DNA of 64,000 bases from Kiritimatiellia bacterium (GTDB lineage: Bacteria > Verrucomicrobiota > Kiritimatiellia > RFP12 > UBA1067): assembly GCA_045535455.1 (NCBI GenBank), contig JAZSLQ010000253.1, positions 906 through 64,905 on the forward strand, written 5' to 3'. Made by a program: the position numbers and the translations under genes. The notes under the pieces were generated by a model. It ran no database searches and had not been told where the DNA came from. It saw nothing but the letters and a program-made list of their open reading frames with translations. Shown here in pieces: positions 45,442 to 53,987 of the stretch (positions within the stretch are counted from its first letter, which is position 1; every line of letters begins with the position of its first letter).

Positions 45442-46789
45442 CCAGTCGAGGCGTCATAGTGCGTTGTGGCTTTTCCTGATAGGGCTTGGTTCTATGACGC
45501 AAATTCATGTCGTAGGAAGCATAGGAATTTCAGAACTTGCAATATTTCTCATTGCACCATTTGTCTTCATTAAGGATTATAGGATATTGAAGAGCGATGG
45601 CTTTATGCCTTTTCTTGGCTTATCGCTTCTTACATGCATGGGGTGTATCGTGTCAAGTTGTGCAAATAAAACGCCACTAATATTTGCACTAAAAGGTTTT
45701 GCGCACCCTTATGCGATATTTGCAGTGACAGTTTTGATTCATCGGCTTCTAAGAAATGATTTCTATGCGTTTAAATGGTGTTTGCTTGGCTCTTTTCTCA
45801 CTAATATTGTAAGCGTGTTTGTGTTTCGCCCAGATACGTATACAGTTTCTGCGGGAGGAAGGCTTGAAGGAAATGAAGCAACTGCACATATGATGACAAA
45901 TCCTCTTTTCTGGACTGGACGAATTAAACAAGCGTTGCTACTTCCTTTTCAGATGTTTTATCTCAAAGTTCCTATTCTGTGCACGATGTTTTGCATTTTT
46001 GTGACTGTTGGTGTAGCACTTATGTTTTCTCATGGTAGTGGACGCGCACAAGCAATTGTATCGTTTTTAACATTCCTTTTTATTCTTATCGGAGGGAAGG
46101 CTAGAAGGCAAATGAAGCAAATCGGAAAGAATTTCATCTTTGTAATTCTCGTTATGGCTGTTGCACTGGTAGCATTTAAGTCTGTTTACGCTTATGCGGC
46201 AAAAAATGGGATCCTCGGTGTTGAAGCACAGCAAAAATATTACAGGCAAACCCGAGAAGGAACTTCTATCCTGAGAATACTTATGGCGGGGCGCATGGAG
46301 TTTTTTTGCGGAGTGGGCGCTTGTCTTCATCATCCATTATTAGGGTTTGGCCCAAAGGGCGAAGATAGAGAAGGGTATGTCGAGACGTATTTGAATGAAT
46401 ACGGTTCTTCCGAAGATTATTCTAATTTTGTGCAAGATATTGCGAATAGACGTAAAAGGGGTGAAAGTGTATATATTGCCATACCTGCGCATTCGCATAT
46501 TGCTATGTTTTGGATATATTATGGAATCATTGGGCTCATACTATGGCTATATGTTTACTATCTTATGTTTAAGGCAATTAATGGCTGGATTTCCGCAGTT
46601 CCACAGTGGTATGGTTTTATGGCATTTGGGATTTCTAGCGCATTTTGGGATATTCTTTTTAATCCATTCTCAAATAGGATTGGCATGCCACTTTTGGTTT
46701 CATGTATTTTGTTTTCAAAGATGGTAGTTGAGAAAAAGATGTTTTTGCCAGTAGATATGGAGATGGAGGCGCAAAAATATGGACGATAA
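45434..46789 (+). CDS. Wzy-like O-antigen/polysaccharide polymerase (polytopic membrane protein)
   Basis: 451 aa with about 10-12 TM segments and one larger loop. The call rests on position and topology only. Confidence 0.55.
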   Translation: MINQSRRHSALWLFLIGLGSMTQIHVVGSIGISELAIFLIAPFVFIKDYRILKSDGFMPFLGLSLLTCMGCIVSSCANKTPLIFALKGFAHPYAIFAVTVLIHRLLRNDFYAFKWCLLGSFLTNIVSVFVFRPDTYTVSAGGRLEGNEATAHMMTNPLFWTGRIKQALLLPFQMFYLKVPILCTMFCIFVTVGVALMFSHGSGRAQAIVSFLTFLFILIGGKARRQMKQIGKNFIFVILVMAVALVAFKSVYAYAAKNGILGVEAQQKYYRQTREGTSILRILMAGRMEFFCGVGACLHHPLLGFGPKGEDREGYVETYLNEYGSSEDYSNFVQDIANRRKRGESVYIAIPAHSHIAMFWIYYGIIGLILWLYVYYLMFKAINGWISAVPQWYGFMAFGISSAFWDILFNPFSNRIGMPLLVSCILFSKMVVEKKMFLPVDMEMEAQKYGR

Positions 46790-47624
46790 ACCGCTTCTTA
46801 GTATTGTTATTGCAAACTACAATTATGGGCGATTCCTTGAGGCGGCTATACGGTCGGTCCTTGATCAACAATGTCCAGAGGTGGAGTTGATTGTCGTTGA
46901 TGGAGGGTCGAAGGACGATTCTGTCAACATAATCAAGCAGTATGCTGATCGATTGGCGTGGTGGGTGAGTGAGCCGGATAGCGGCCAATCAAATGCTTTC
47001 AACAAGGGATTTGCGCATGCGAAAGGCAAGTATCTGACATGGGTGAATGCCGATGATATAATGGTGCCAGGTTGTTTGAAGAAAGTAGTGGCATCATTGG
47101 CGCGTTATTCCCAAACGGAATGGTTCACTGGAAACTTCTTAAGGTTTGATTCGCACGGGCACATTTTGGAAATTGGTTGGGGGCCGCATTTGTATCCCAA
47201 TTTCTTGCAGCGGAAGAACTCTCCGATTGTAGCGTTTGGGCCATCGACAATCTTCGCCAAGGCGCTTTGGGAGAGAGTAGGACGAATTGATGAATCGCTT
47301 CATTATATTATGGATACAGAGATGTGGATGCGCTTTATCGTAAAAGGCGTCAAGCAAAGACGTATCAATTGTTTCTGCTGGGCTTTTCGGATGCATGAAG
47401 ATTCAAAGACTGCGGAGTTTGGTGAACATACTCTTTCGAACACAGTAGCAGAGAAGATGAAGAACGAATTCGAGAGAGCGGTAGAGAAGAATGGATACAA
47501 CATGTCGAAGATAATGCATTTGATGCTTAATCTTTGGCGGATATTTGATGGTTCCTTGATTAGGCGATTCTTGTTGCGTTACAGATTTAGACATCTTCAT
47601 GCTATGATAGGGGAGGCGGTATGA
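46779..47624 (+). CDS. Glycosyltransferase family 2
   Basis: LLSIVIANYNYGRFLEAAIRSVLDQ and VVDGGSKDDS, with the DxD-type region WVNADD. Confidence 0.85.
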   Translation: MDDKPLLSIVIANYNYGRFLEAAIRSVLDQQCPEVELIVVDGGSKDDSVNIIKQYADRLAWWVSEPDSGQSNAFNKGFAHAKGKYLTWVNADDIMVPGCLKKVVASLARYSQTEWFTGNFLRFDSHGHILEIGWGPHLYPNFLQRKNSPIVAFGPSTIFAKALWERVGRIDESLHYIMDTEMWMRFIVKGVKQRRINCFCWAFRMHEDSKTAEFGEHTLSNTVAEKMKNEFERAVEKNGYNMSKIMHLMLNLWRIFDGSLIRRFLLRYRFRHLHAMIGEAV

Positions 47625-48646
47625 TTTGTTTTTGTTGGGTACAACTCCCGCAGTATGCGGCGCGGTGTATAGGGGCGTTCGTTAAAAGCACAACTGAAAA
47701 GGTAGTGGTCGTTGCGACACGTCCAAAGGTGCCGATTGAGGGAATGGATAATGTTGTGGGGTGCGATATAAAGTGGATCAATAGTGAATTGGAGGGACCA
47801 AGTCTTAAAGACCTTCTTGGCGAAGCACCGCGGGTTCTGTTCGTTTCTGGCTGGGCCATTCCAATTTTCAATCGCTATCGTGATGAGGTGCGCGCTACCG
47901 GAGGTAGGGTGTTTGCGATGTCCGATGGAAATGCAGCGTCGTGGTGGGTGACGGCAATGAGGGCGGTCAGGTTCCGGCTGAAGTATCGGGCCAAATACGA
48001 TGGGTATTTTGTTCCTGGAGAGTCTGGGTCTCGATTGTTTCGGGTGTTCGGCGTGAAACCACAGAAAATCGCCACAGGGCTCTATTCGGCCGATGCAAGT
48101 CTGTTTCATGATGGATTGCCGTTGCAACAACGTGAGAAACGTATGATATTTGTTGGTCGTTTTGAGGCAGTGAAGAATGTTATTGCGCTTTGCAAAGCAT
48201 TTCGAGATGCGGGGGGGGAGAGCAATGGATGGCGGCTTGACCTTTATGGGTGCGGTTCACTCCGAGACTACTTGAGAGATGGTGAAGGTGTGTCCATACA
48301 TGATTTTCTTCAACCCGCACAACTCGCGGATGCGTATCGTGGCGCGAGAGTATTTGTCCTGCCGAGCGTCCGCGAACCATGGGGGCTTGTGGTGCATGAA
48401 GCAGCATTAAGTGGATGTGTTTTACTTTTAAGTAATTGCATTGGCGCGGCGGAAGACCTGATGGGCACGCATAATGGCTTTCGGTTCAATCCTAAGAAAA
48501 TGCAAGAGATTGCAGAAGCTATGCGACGGACATTTAGAATGACCGATGGTGAGCTTGAAATCGCGCATCGCGAATCGCTGGAAAGGGCGGCAGGGATCAG
48601 TTTGGATAGGTTTGTTGATGGGGTGAAGGAACTTATGTCTCTATAA
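47621..48646 (+). CDS. Glycosyltransferase (GT4-like)
   Basis: 341 aa. FVLPSVREPWGLVVHEAALSGCVLLLS, an E-x7-E-type GT-B C-terminal motif. Confidence 0.75.
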   Translation: MICFCWVQLPQYAARCIGAFVKSTTEKVVVVATRPKVPIEGMDNVVGCDIKWINSELEGPSLKDLLGEAPRVLFVSGWAIPIFNRYRDEVRATGGRVFAMSDGNAASWWVTAMRAVRFRLKYRAKYDGYFVPGESGSRLFRVFGVKPQKIATGLYSADASLFHDGLPLQQREKRMIFVGRFEAVKNVIALCKAFRDAGGESNGWRLDLYGCGSLRDYLRDGEGVSIHDFLQPAQLADAYRGARVFVLPSVREPWGLVVHEAALSGCVLLLSNCIGAAEDLMGTHNGFRFNPKKMQEIAEAMRRTFRMTDGELEIAHRESLERAAGISLDRFVDGVKELMSL

Positions 48647-48655
48647 AGGCTGCCT

Positions 48656-49792
48656 ATGAAAGTCTTACAAGTTGTTCCAGGGATTGCCCATGAATCAAGC
48701 GGCGTGTCGCTCTATATGACAGCGCTTTGCAAGGGGCTGTATGCCGCTGGGTGCGACGTGACGCTATATTCGACGGGGCTTCCGAAGGATATAACTTTCC
48801 CCTGTAGGGCGGTTGAATGTGCCGTCAAATCTTTCCCAACGCCGAAGTTGGGTCGTTCTCCTGATATGTTCAGACGGTTGAAAGTGGCATGTAAGGATGC
48901 TGATATTGTCCACAATAACTCTCTATGGATGATGCCGAATGTCTATCCTTATTGGGCGGCGAGGGGGCAACGGATAAAGGTCGTGACCAGTCCGCATGGG
49001 ACAATGAACAAATGGGCATTGAAGCGCGGGTGGTTGAGGAAGACTATCTTTGGATGCATTCAATATCCTGCATTAAAACGCACTGATATGTTTCATGCGA
49101 CATGCGAGAAGGAACACGATGAGATACGTGCGCTGGGGTATAGTCAGCCGATAGCCATAATACCGATTGGTGTGGATATTCCACCTGAAGTAAGAACCGA
49201 TGTGCAATCTGGGGGAGGACTGCGGAAATTGGTTTTCTTTGGTCGCATTCATAAGGTAAAGGCCGTTGACAATCTCGTCAGAGCTTGGGGGCGCGTGGCG
49301 AATCGGTTTGACGGATGGGAACTTGTCATTGCTGGGCCTGATTGCGGTTTTAGACCAGAGCTGGAGACCATTATTTCAGAGGGTGGAATTCCGCGAGTAA
49401 GGTTTGCTGGGGAGATCAACGGGAACGCGAAGTATGAGTTCTTGTCAAATGCAGATTTGTGTGTGTTGCCTTCCCACACCGAGAATTTCGGTGCGACAGT
49501 TGCCGAGGCGTTGGCTTGCGGGACTCCTGCCATTGCCAGTCATGGAACCCCGTGGAAAGGGTTGATGGAAAATGGTTGCGGCTGGTGGATCCCAATCGGG
49601 GTGGAACCATTGGTCACGCAGTTGAACGAATCGCTTGCAATGGACGATGTCAAACTTCGGTCGATGGGCGCGAAAGGCCGCGAGTGGATGAAGCGTGATT
49701 TTGATTGGAATGCGATAGGCCGAGAAATGAAAGTTGCATACGAATGGTTGTTGGGTATGGCCGAGAGGCCAGAATGGGTTAGGGTGGATTGA
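48656..49792 (+). CDS. Glycosyltransferase family 4
   Basis: 378 aa. CVLPSHTENFGATVAEALACGTPAIAS motif. Confidence 0.8.
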   Translation: MKVLQVVPGIAHESSGVSLYMTALCKGLYAAGCDVTLYSTGLPKDITFPCRAVECAVKSFPTPKLGRSPDMFRRLKVACKDADIVHNNSLWMMPNVYPYWAARGQRIKVVTSPHGTMNKWALKRGWLRKTIFGCIQYPALKRTDMFHATCEKEHDEIRALGYSQPIAIIPIGVDIPPEVRTDVQSGGGLRKLVFFGRIHKVKAVDNLVRAWGRVANRFDGWELVIAGPDCGFRPELETIISEGGIPRVRFAGEINGNAKYEFLSNADLCVLPSHTENFGATVAEALACGTPAIASHGTPWKGLMENGCGWWIPIGVEPLVTQLNESLAMDDVKLRSMGAKGREWMKRDFDWNAIGREMKVAYEWLLGMAERPEWVRVD

Positions 49793-49841
49793 TATTTTCA
49801 AATGGTTTGAGTTAAAGATTATGGTAAAGAAGGGGAACTAA

Positions 49842-50267
49842 ATGGACGCAAAGATTCAGGACATTAAATTAATCCCACATGGTGACAGCAGAGGCCAATT
49901 GATTGCACTTGAGGCATTATCGGAGGAAATTCCTTTCGAGGTGAAACGTGTATATTACATCTATGATACTACCCCTGGTACAGTGCGCGGAAAGCATGCA
50001 CACAAAGCGCTTAAACAGGTTTTGATATGTGTATCGGGGGCTTGCACAATCGAGTGCGAACTGCCGAATGGCAGCAAGACCCAACACCGCCTTGATTGGC
50101 CCGATCATGCCTTGTTAATTGAAGGGTTAGTCTGGCGAGAGATGAAAGACTTCTCAAAAGATGCCGTCTTATTGGTGTTTGCAAGTGAGCATTATGATGA
50201 GAAGGATTACATTCGTGATTACGAGACATTCAAGACGGAATCACAAAAGGAGGTTCGTAATGTCTGA
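49842..50267 (+). CDS. fdtA: FdtA/WxcM-type dTDP-4-keto-6-deoxyhexose 3,4-ketoisomerase (cupin)
   Basis: 141 aa. HGDSRGQLIALEA...FEVKRVYYIYDT...VRGKHAHKALKQVLICVSG. Confidence 0.8.
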   Translation: MDAKIQDIKLIPHGDSRGQLIALEALSEEIPFEVKRVYYIYDTTPGTVRGKHAHKALKQVLICVSGACTIECELPNGSKTQHRLDWPDHALLIEGLVWREMKDFSKDAVLLVFASEHYDEKDYIRDYETFKTESQKEVRNV

Positions 50268-50718
50268 TTTGATACACCTATCGGCAGAGGTCCAATCTAA
50301 GGCGATCGGGGTAGATACGCGCATTTGGCAATTTGCAATTGTATTGAAAGGTGCTAAGATTGGTAAAGGCTGCAATATATGTGCCCATACATTTATTGAG
50401 AACGATGTAGTTATTGGAGATAATGTTACTGTAAAATGTGGAGTGCAATTGTGGGATGGCCTTAGAATCGGGAATAATGTCTTCATTGGTCCCAATACTA
50501 CATTCTGCAATGATAAGTATCCAAAGAGCGGAAACAAAAATTTTGATTGTCTTAAAACAATTGTTGAGGATGATGTTTCTATCGGTGCCAATGCAACAAT
50601 TCTTCCTGGTCTTCGTCTTGGTAAGGGCTGTGTCATAGGTGCTGGTGCAGTTGTGACCGAAGACGTGAAACCAGAAACAACGGTTGTTGGAAATCCTGCA
50701 AAGGAGATTTCAAAGTGA
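50260..50718 (+). CDS. fdtC: Hexapeptide-repeat N-acetyltransferase (FdtC-like)
   Basis: Start moved to [11 protein letters not shown] (ATG 50260, 8-nt overlap). LbH repeats, located between the FdtA-like and FdtB-like genes. Confidence 0.7.
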   Translation: MSDLIHLSAEVQSKAIGVDTRIWQFAIVLKGAKIGKGCNICAHTFIENDVVIGDNVTVKCGVQLWDGLRIGNNVFIGPNTTFCNDKYPKSGNKNFDCLKTIVEDDVSIGANATILPGLRLGKGCVIGAGAVVTEDVKPETTVVGNPAKEISK

Positions 50719-51824
50719 TTAAGTTTCTTGATTTAAAGAAGGTCAATGAGCGTTTCCGTACCGAATTGGATGCGGCGGTTAAACGCGTACTTGACGCTGG
50801 CTGGTATTTGCTCGGAAGAGAGGTTGAAAGGTTTGAAGAAGACTTTGCCGCGTACTGCGGCGTAAAGCATTGTATCGGTGTAGCGAATGGGCTTGATGCG
50901 CTCAACCTGATAATCAAAGCGTATGGTTTTGGACCAGGAGACGAGATTATTGTCCCGGCGAACACATATATTGCTAGCATACTTGCCATCAGTGAAAATG
51001 GATGCACGCCTGTTCTTGTTGAACCTAATTGGACAACACGTCTCATGGACGAAGATCTAATCGAGCAGGCGATTACGCCGCGGACGAAGGCAATCATGGT
51101 CGTTCACCTGTATGGGCGTGCCATGAACATGAAGAAGGTTTGGGCGTTGGCAAAAAAGTACAATCTTAAGGTGATAGAGGATTCGGCGCAGGCGCATGGC
51201 GCGAAGTTTGAAGGGCGCCGGTGTGGTAATCTGGGCGACGCGAGTGGGTTCTCCTTCTATCCGGGTAAGAATCTTGGTTGCCTTGGAGATGGCGGGGCGG
51301 TGACAACAAACGACGATGATCTCGCCACAAAGATACGTGCCATTCGCAATTATGGCAGCGATTACAAGTATCATCACATCTACAAGGGTACAAACTCGCG
51401 TCTTGATGAAGTTCAGGCGGCGTGGTTGGGGGTGAAGCTTCCGCATCTGGATGAAGACAATGCGATTCGCGCTAGAATCGCTGCGCGATATTGCGCGGAG
51501 ATAAAGAATCCGTTGATTGAGTTGCCGGATGACCCTAACAGCACAATGGAGATTGGGAACTCGTCCCATGTCTGGCATGTGTTTGCGGTCACTTGCAAAG
51601 AGCGGGAGCGGTTAAACAAATGGCTAACGGATCATGGCATTCAGACCAACATCCACTATCCAACGCCGCCCCATAAGCAAGGTGCGTATGCAGAGTTGTC
51701 GAACCTCAGCTACCCCGTCTCGGAGCGGATGCATCGGGAAATATTGAGCTTGCCGTTGAGTCCGGTCTTGACAGATAGTGAGATAGACGAGGTTATTCAA
51801 TGCATGAACTCTTTTGAGGGATGA
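50715..51824 (+). CDS. fdtB: DegT/DnrJ/EryC1-family sugar aminotransferase (FdtB-like)
   Basis: 369 aa. [14 protein letters not shown]-terminus and the PLP-lysine context [17 protein letters not shown]. Confidence 0.85.
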   Translation: MIKFLDLKKVNERFRTELDAAVKRVLDAGWYLLGREVERFEEDFAAYCGVKHCIGVANGLDALNLIIKAYGFGPGDEIIVPANTYIASILAISENGCTPVLVEPNWTTRLMDEDLIEQAITPRTKAIMVVHLYGRAMNMKKVWALAKKYNLKVIEDSAQAHGAKFEGRRCGNLGDASGFSFYPGKNLGCLGDGGAVTTNDDDLATKIRAIRNYGSDYKYHHIYKGTNSRLDEVQAAWLGVKLPHLDEDNAIRARIAARYCAEIKNPLIELPDDPNSTMEIGNSSHVWHVFAVTCKERERLNKWLTDHGIQTNIHYPTPPHKQGAYAELSNLSYPVSERMHREILSLPLSPVLTDSEIDEVIQCMNSFEG

Positions 51825-51827
51825 TTT

Positions 51828-52739
51828 ATGGATAAATTACCTATAACTGTTTTGATCCCAACGCTAAATGCGGCTGGGCATCTGGATGAGTTGCTTGACT
51901 CAATTGTGCCGTATGTCCAAGATATATATATTGTTGATAGTCTTTCGATTGATCGAACAGTGGGGATTGCACTTGAAAGAGGCATAAAGATTGTTCAAAG
52001 GAAGTATATTACGTCTAGCGATCAGTTCGGATGGATGTTTAAAGCCATCCCAGTGTCAACTCAATGGATATTCTTTATGGCTCAAGACGAGCGATTCTCT
52101 TTGTCGCTTGTGGAGGCATTGTCTGCTCTTTTCCGGAATGGCATCGCAGATGATGTGGACGGTTTTACAGTTGACTGGCGCCTCTGGTTTATGGGGGCGC
52201 CTTTGCATGCGGTTGTTCCAAATCTGCGCTTGATGCGCGTTGGACAATGTGGCGTTACTAATGTTGCATGTAACGAGCACTTTGTGGTAAGTGGGAAGGT
52301 TAGACATGTTGCAGGGATCTTGGAACATAAGGATACTCTTAATCTTCATGAATGGTATGAAAAGCAAAACTTGTGGACGACCCGTGAAGCAATACAGCGG
52401 ATTAGACCGCCAAGTGATGATGAATTGCCGAGATTTTTTGGGACTCGGCGGCAACGTAAAGCATTTGTCAAGCAGTTTCTAATCCACATGCCCATTGGCG
52501 AGACTATTCTGTTTTGGTATTATTATCTCAAATTTGGTGCATGGCGTGATGGCCGGACTGGTTGGGTTTGGGCTTCTCTTAGGGTTTGGGTGCATCATGC
52601 GACTACGTTAAAAGAAAAGGAGATGCGTAAATTTGGCATCCCGAAGAAGATGCCAGAAGGGCGACATGGCGAGTTTGATCCCCGCATTCTCGCGAGCGAC
52701 TTGCAACGCCAGTTGCTTCCAGAGACGATGGGGGAGTAG
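51828..52739 (+). CDS. Glycosyltransferase family 2
   Basis: 303 aa. ITVLIPTLNAAGHLDELLDSI and YIVDSLSIDRT. Confidence 0.75.
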   Translation: MDKLPITVLIPTLNAAGHLDELLDSIVPYVQDIYIVDSLSIDRTVGIALERGIKIVQRKYITSSDQFGWMFKAIPVSTQWIFFMAQDERFSLSLVEALSALFRNGIADDVDGFTVDWRLWFMGAPLHAVVPNLRLMRVGQCGVTNVACNEHFVVSGKVRHVAGILEHKDTLNLHEWYEKQNLWTTREAIQRIRPPSDDELPRFFGTRRQRKAFVKQFLIHMPIGETILFWYYYLKFGAWRDGRTGWVWASLRVWVHHATTLKEKEMRKFGIPKKMPEGRHGEFDPRILASDLQRQLLPETMGE

Positions 52740-52805
52740 TGGGCGGGAAGAGATGCGATGTGTAGCGTTTCGTGTAACGGGAATGAATGGGCGGCGAATG
52801 GATGA

Positions 52806-52982
52806 ACCACGATTTTAGCGGAGCAGGGTAAAGCGACCCTTTATGTGACGGCGAAGGATGGTGTGGTCGCAAGCGATCTTGCAGAGTTGTTTGAGCTTAC
52901 GAATGTTGATATCGATTTTGATTTCAAGATCATTGATAAACCGATAAGAACGGCTATGGGGAAGCTGAAGTTGAGGGTTTAG
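52806..52982 (+). pseudogene. C-terminal remnant of an adenylate-forming (CapK/PaaK-like) enzyme gene
   Basis: A 58-codon open stretch without a start: ...GKATLYVTAKDGVVASDLAELFELTNVDIDFDFKIIDKPIRTAMGKLKLRV*. It resembles the C-terminal lid of CapK/phenylacetate-CoA-ligase-type proteins, and lies at a GC-block junction. Confidence 0.35.
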
Positions 52983-52984
52983 GG

Positions 52985-53944
52985 ATGAGAATAGTTGGGA
53001 TAGATTTATTGAGAGGGGTGGCGGCGTTCGGGATTGTGGGATGTCATTTGTCGCTTGCGCCCCGGACGGAGTGCGGCAATTTGGTTACGGCGCTGTGTGA
53101 TTTTAATGTTGCGGTGTTTGCGGCGGTGGCGGGATTCCTTATGTGTCGTAGTGATAAAACAGATCAGATCGGATTTGCTGCATATATAGCGAAGAGGGCG
53201 AAGCGGCTGCTGCCGACATACTTCTTCTGGAGTCTTGTCTTTGTGTTTGCGACGGTTTCGTTTGATCTTCTTTTCGATGGCGGACAGCTGAATCCCAAAT
53301 ATGGCACTGTGCCGTTCTGGGTGCGTGTTGTTTTCGGCGGCGATGCGTCGACGCACCTGTGGTTTCTGGTGTGCTTGTTCTACGCCCAGGTGGTTTTGTG
53401 GCGGGGCTTCAAGGGTTGTTGCGGCATGTGGTGTGGCGTAATGTGGATTGCGTTAGGTGGGGTGGCTATTGGCGGAAGCGTGATGATAGGTGGCTGGTTT
53501 GGACGGTACCCTTTGCGCTTGGTGGCGTTCATGATGACGGGGCATGGCCTCAGATGTTGTCTGCGTGAAGGGATGGTGGATTTCGTTAATAGGCACAGGG
53601 CAAGTGTCTGTTGCCTTGCGGGTGTTGCGCTTGTTGCCCATGTGATGTCCAGAGGGATCGCGCCGGGATTCATACGAGACTGGATTGCGGTTATTCCTGT
53701 TCTGATGGCGTTTGTGGTGCTTGATGCGCGGAGCGAGAGGTTCGTGAAAATCGCGGCATTCTTTGGCGCATCAAGCATGGGCGTCTATCTTATTCATCCG
53801 CTTATAACGCGTGGATTGTCTGTTGTCGTTACTCGGCTTGTTCAGCCGCCGTATTCCGCGCAGGTCGTCTTGTTTGAATGGATGGTTGCTGGGGGGGGCT
53901 TCGCTATCCGCAGCGTATTTGCTGGGGCACACGCCGTATGTTAA
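52985..53944 (+). CDS. Acyltransferase family 3 (membrane O-acyltransferase)
   Basis: 319 aa. IVGIDLLRGVAAFGIVGCH N-terminus and about 10 TM segments. Confidence 0.8.
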   Translation: MRIVGIDLLRGVAAFGIVGCHLSLAPRTECGNLVTALCDFNVAVFAAVAGFLMCRSDKTDQIGFAAYIAKRAKRLLPTYFFWSLVFVFATVSFDLLFDGGQLNPKYGTVPFWVRVVFGGDASTHLWFLVCLFYAQVVLWRGFKGCCGMWCGVMWIALGGVAIGGSVMIGGWFGRYPLRLVAFMMTGHGLRCCLREGMVDFVNRHRASVCCLAGVALVAHVMSRGIAPGFIRDWIAVIPVLMAFVVLDARSERFVKIAAFFGASSMGVYLIHPLITRGLSVVVTRLVQPPYSAQVVLFEWMVAGGGFAIRSVFAGAHAVC

Positions 53945-53987
53945 GCGGTTTATGCAATGAATTGATCGCAAATTATGAAGGAAACAT

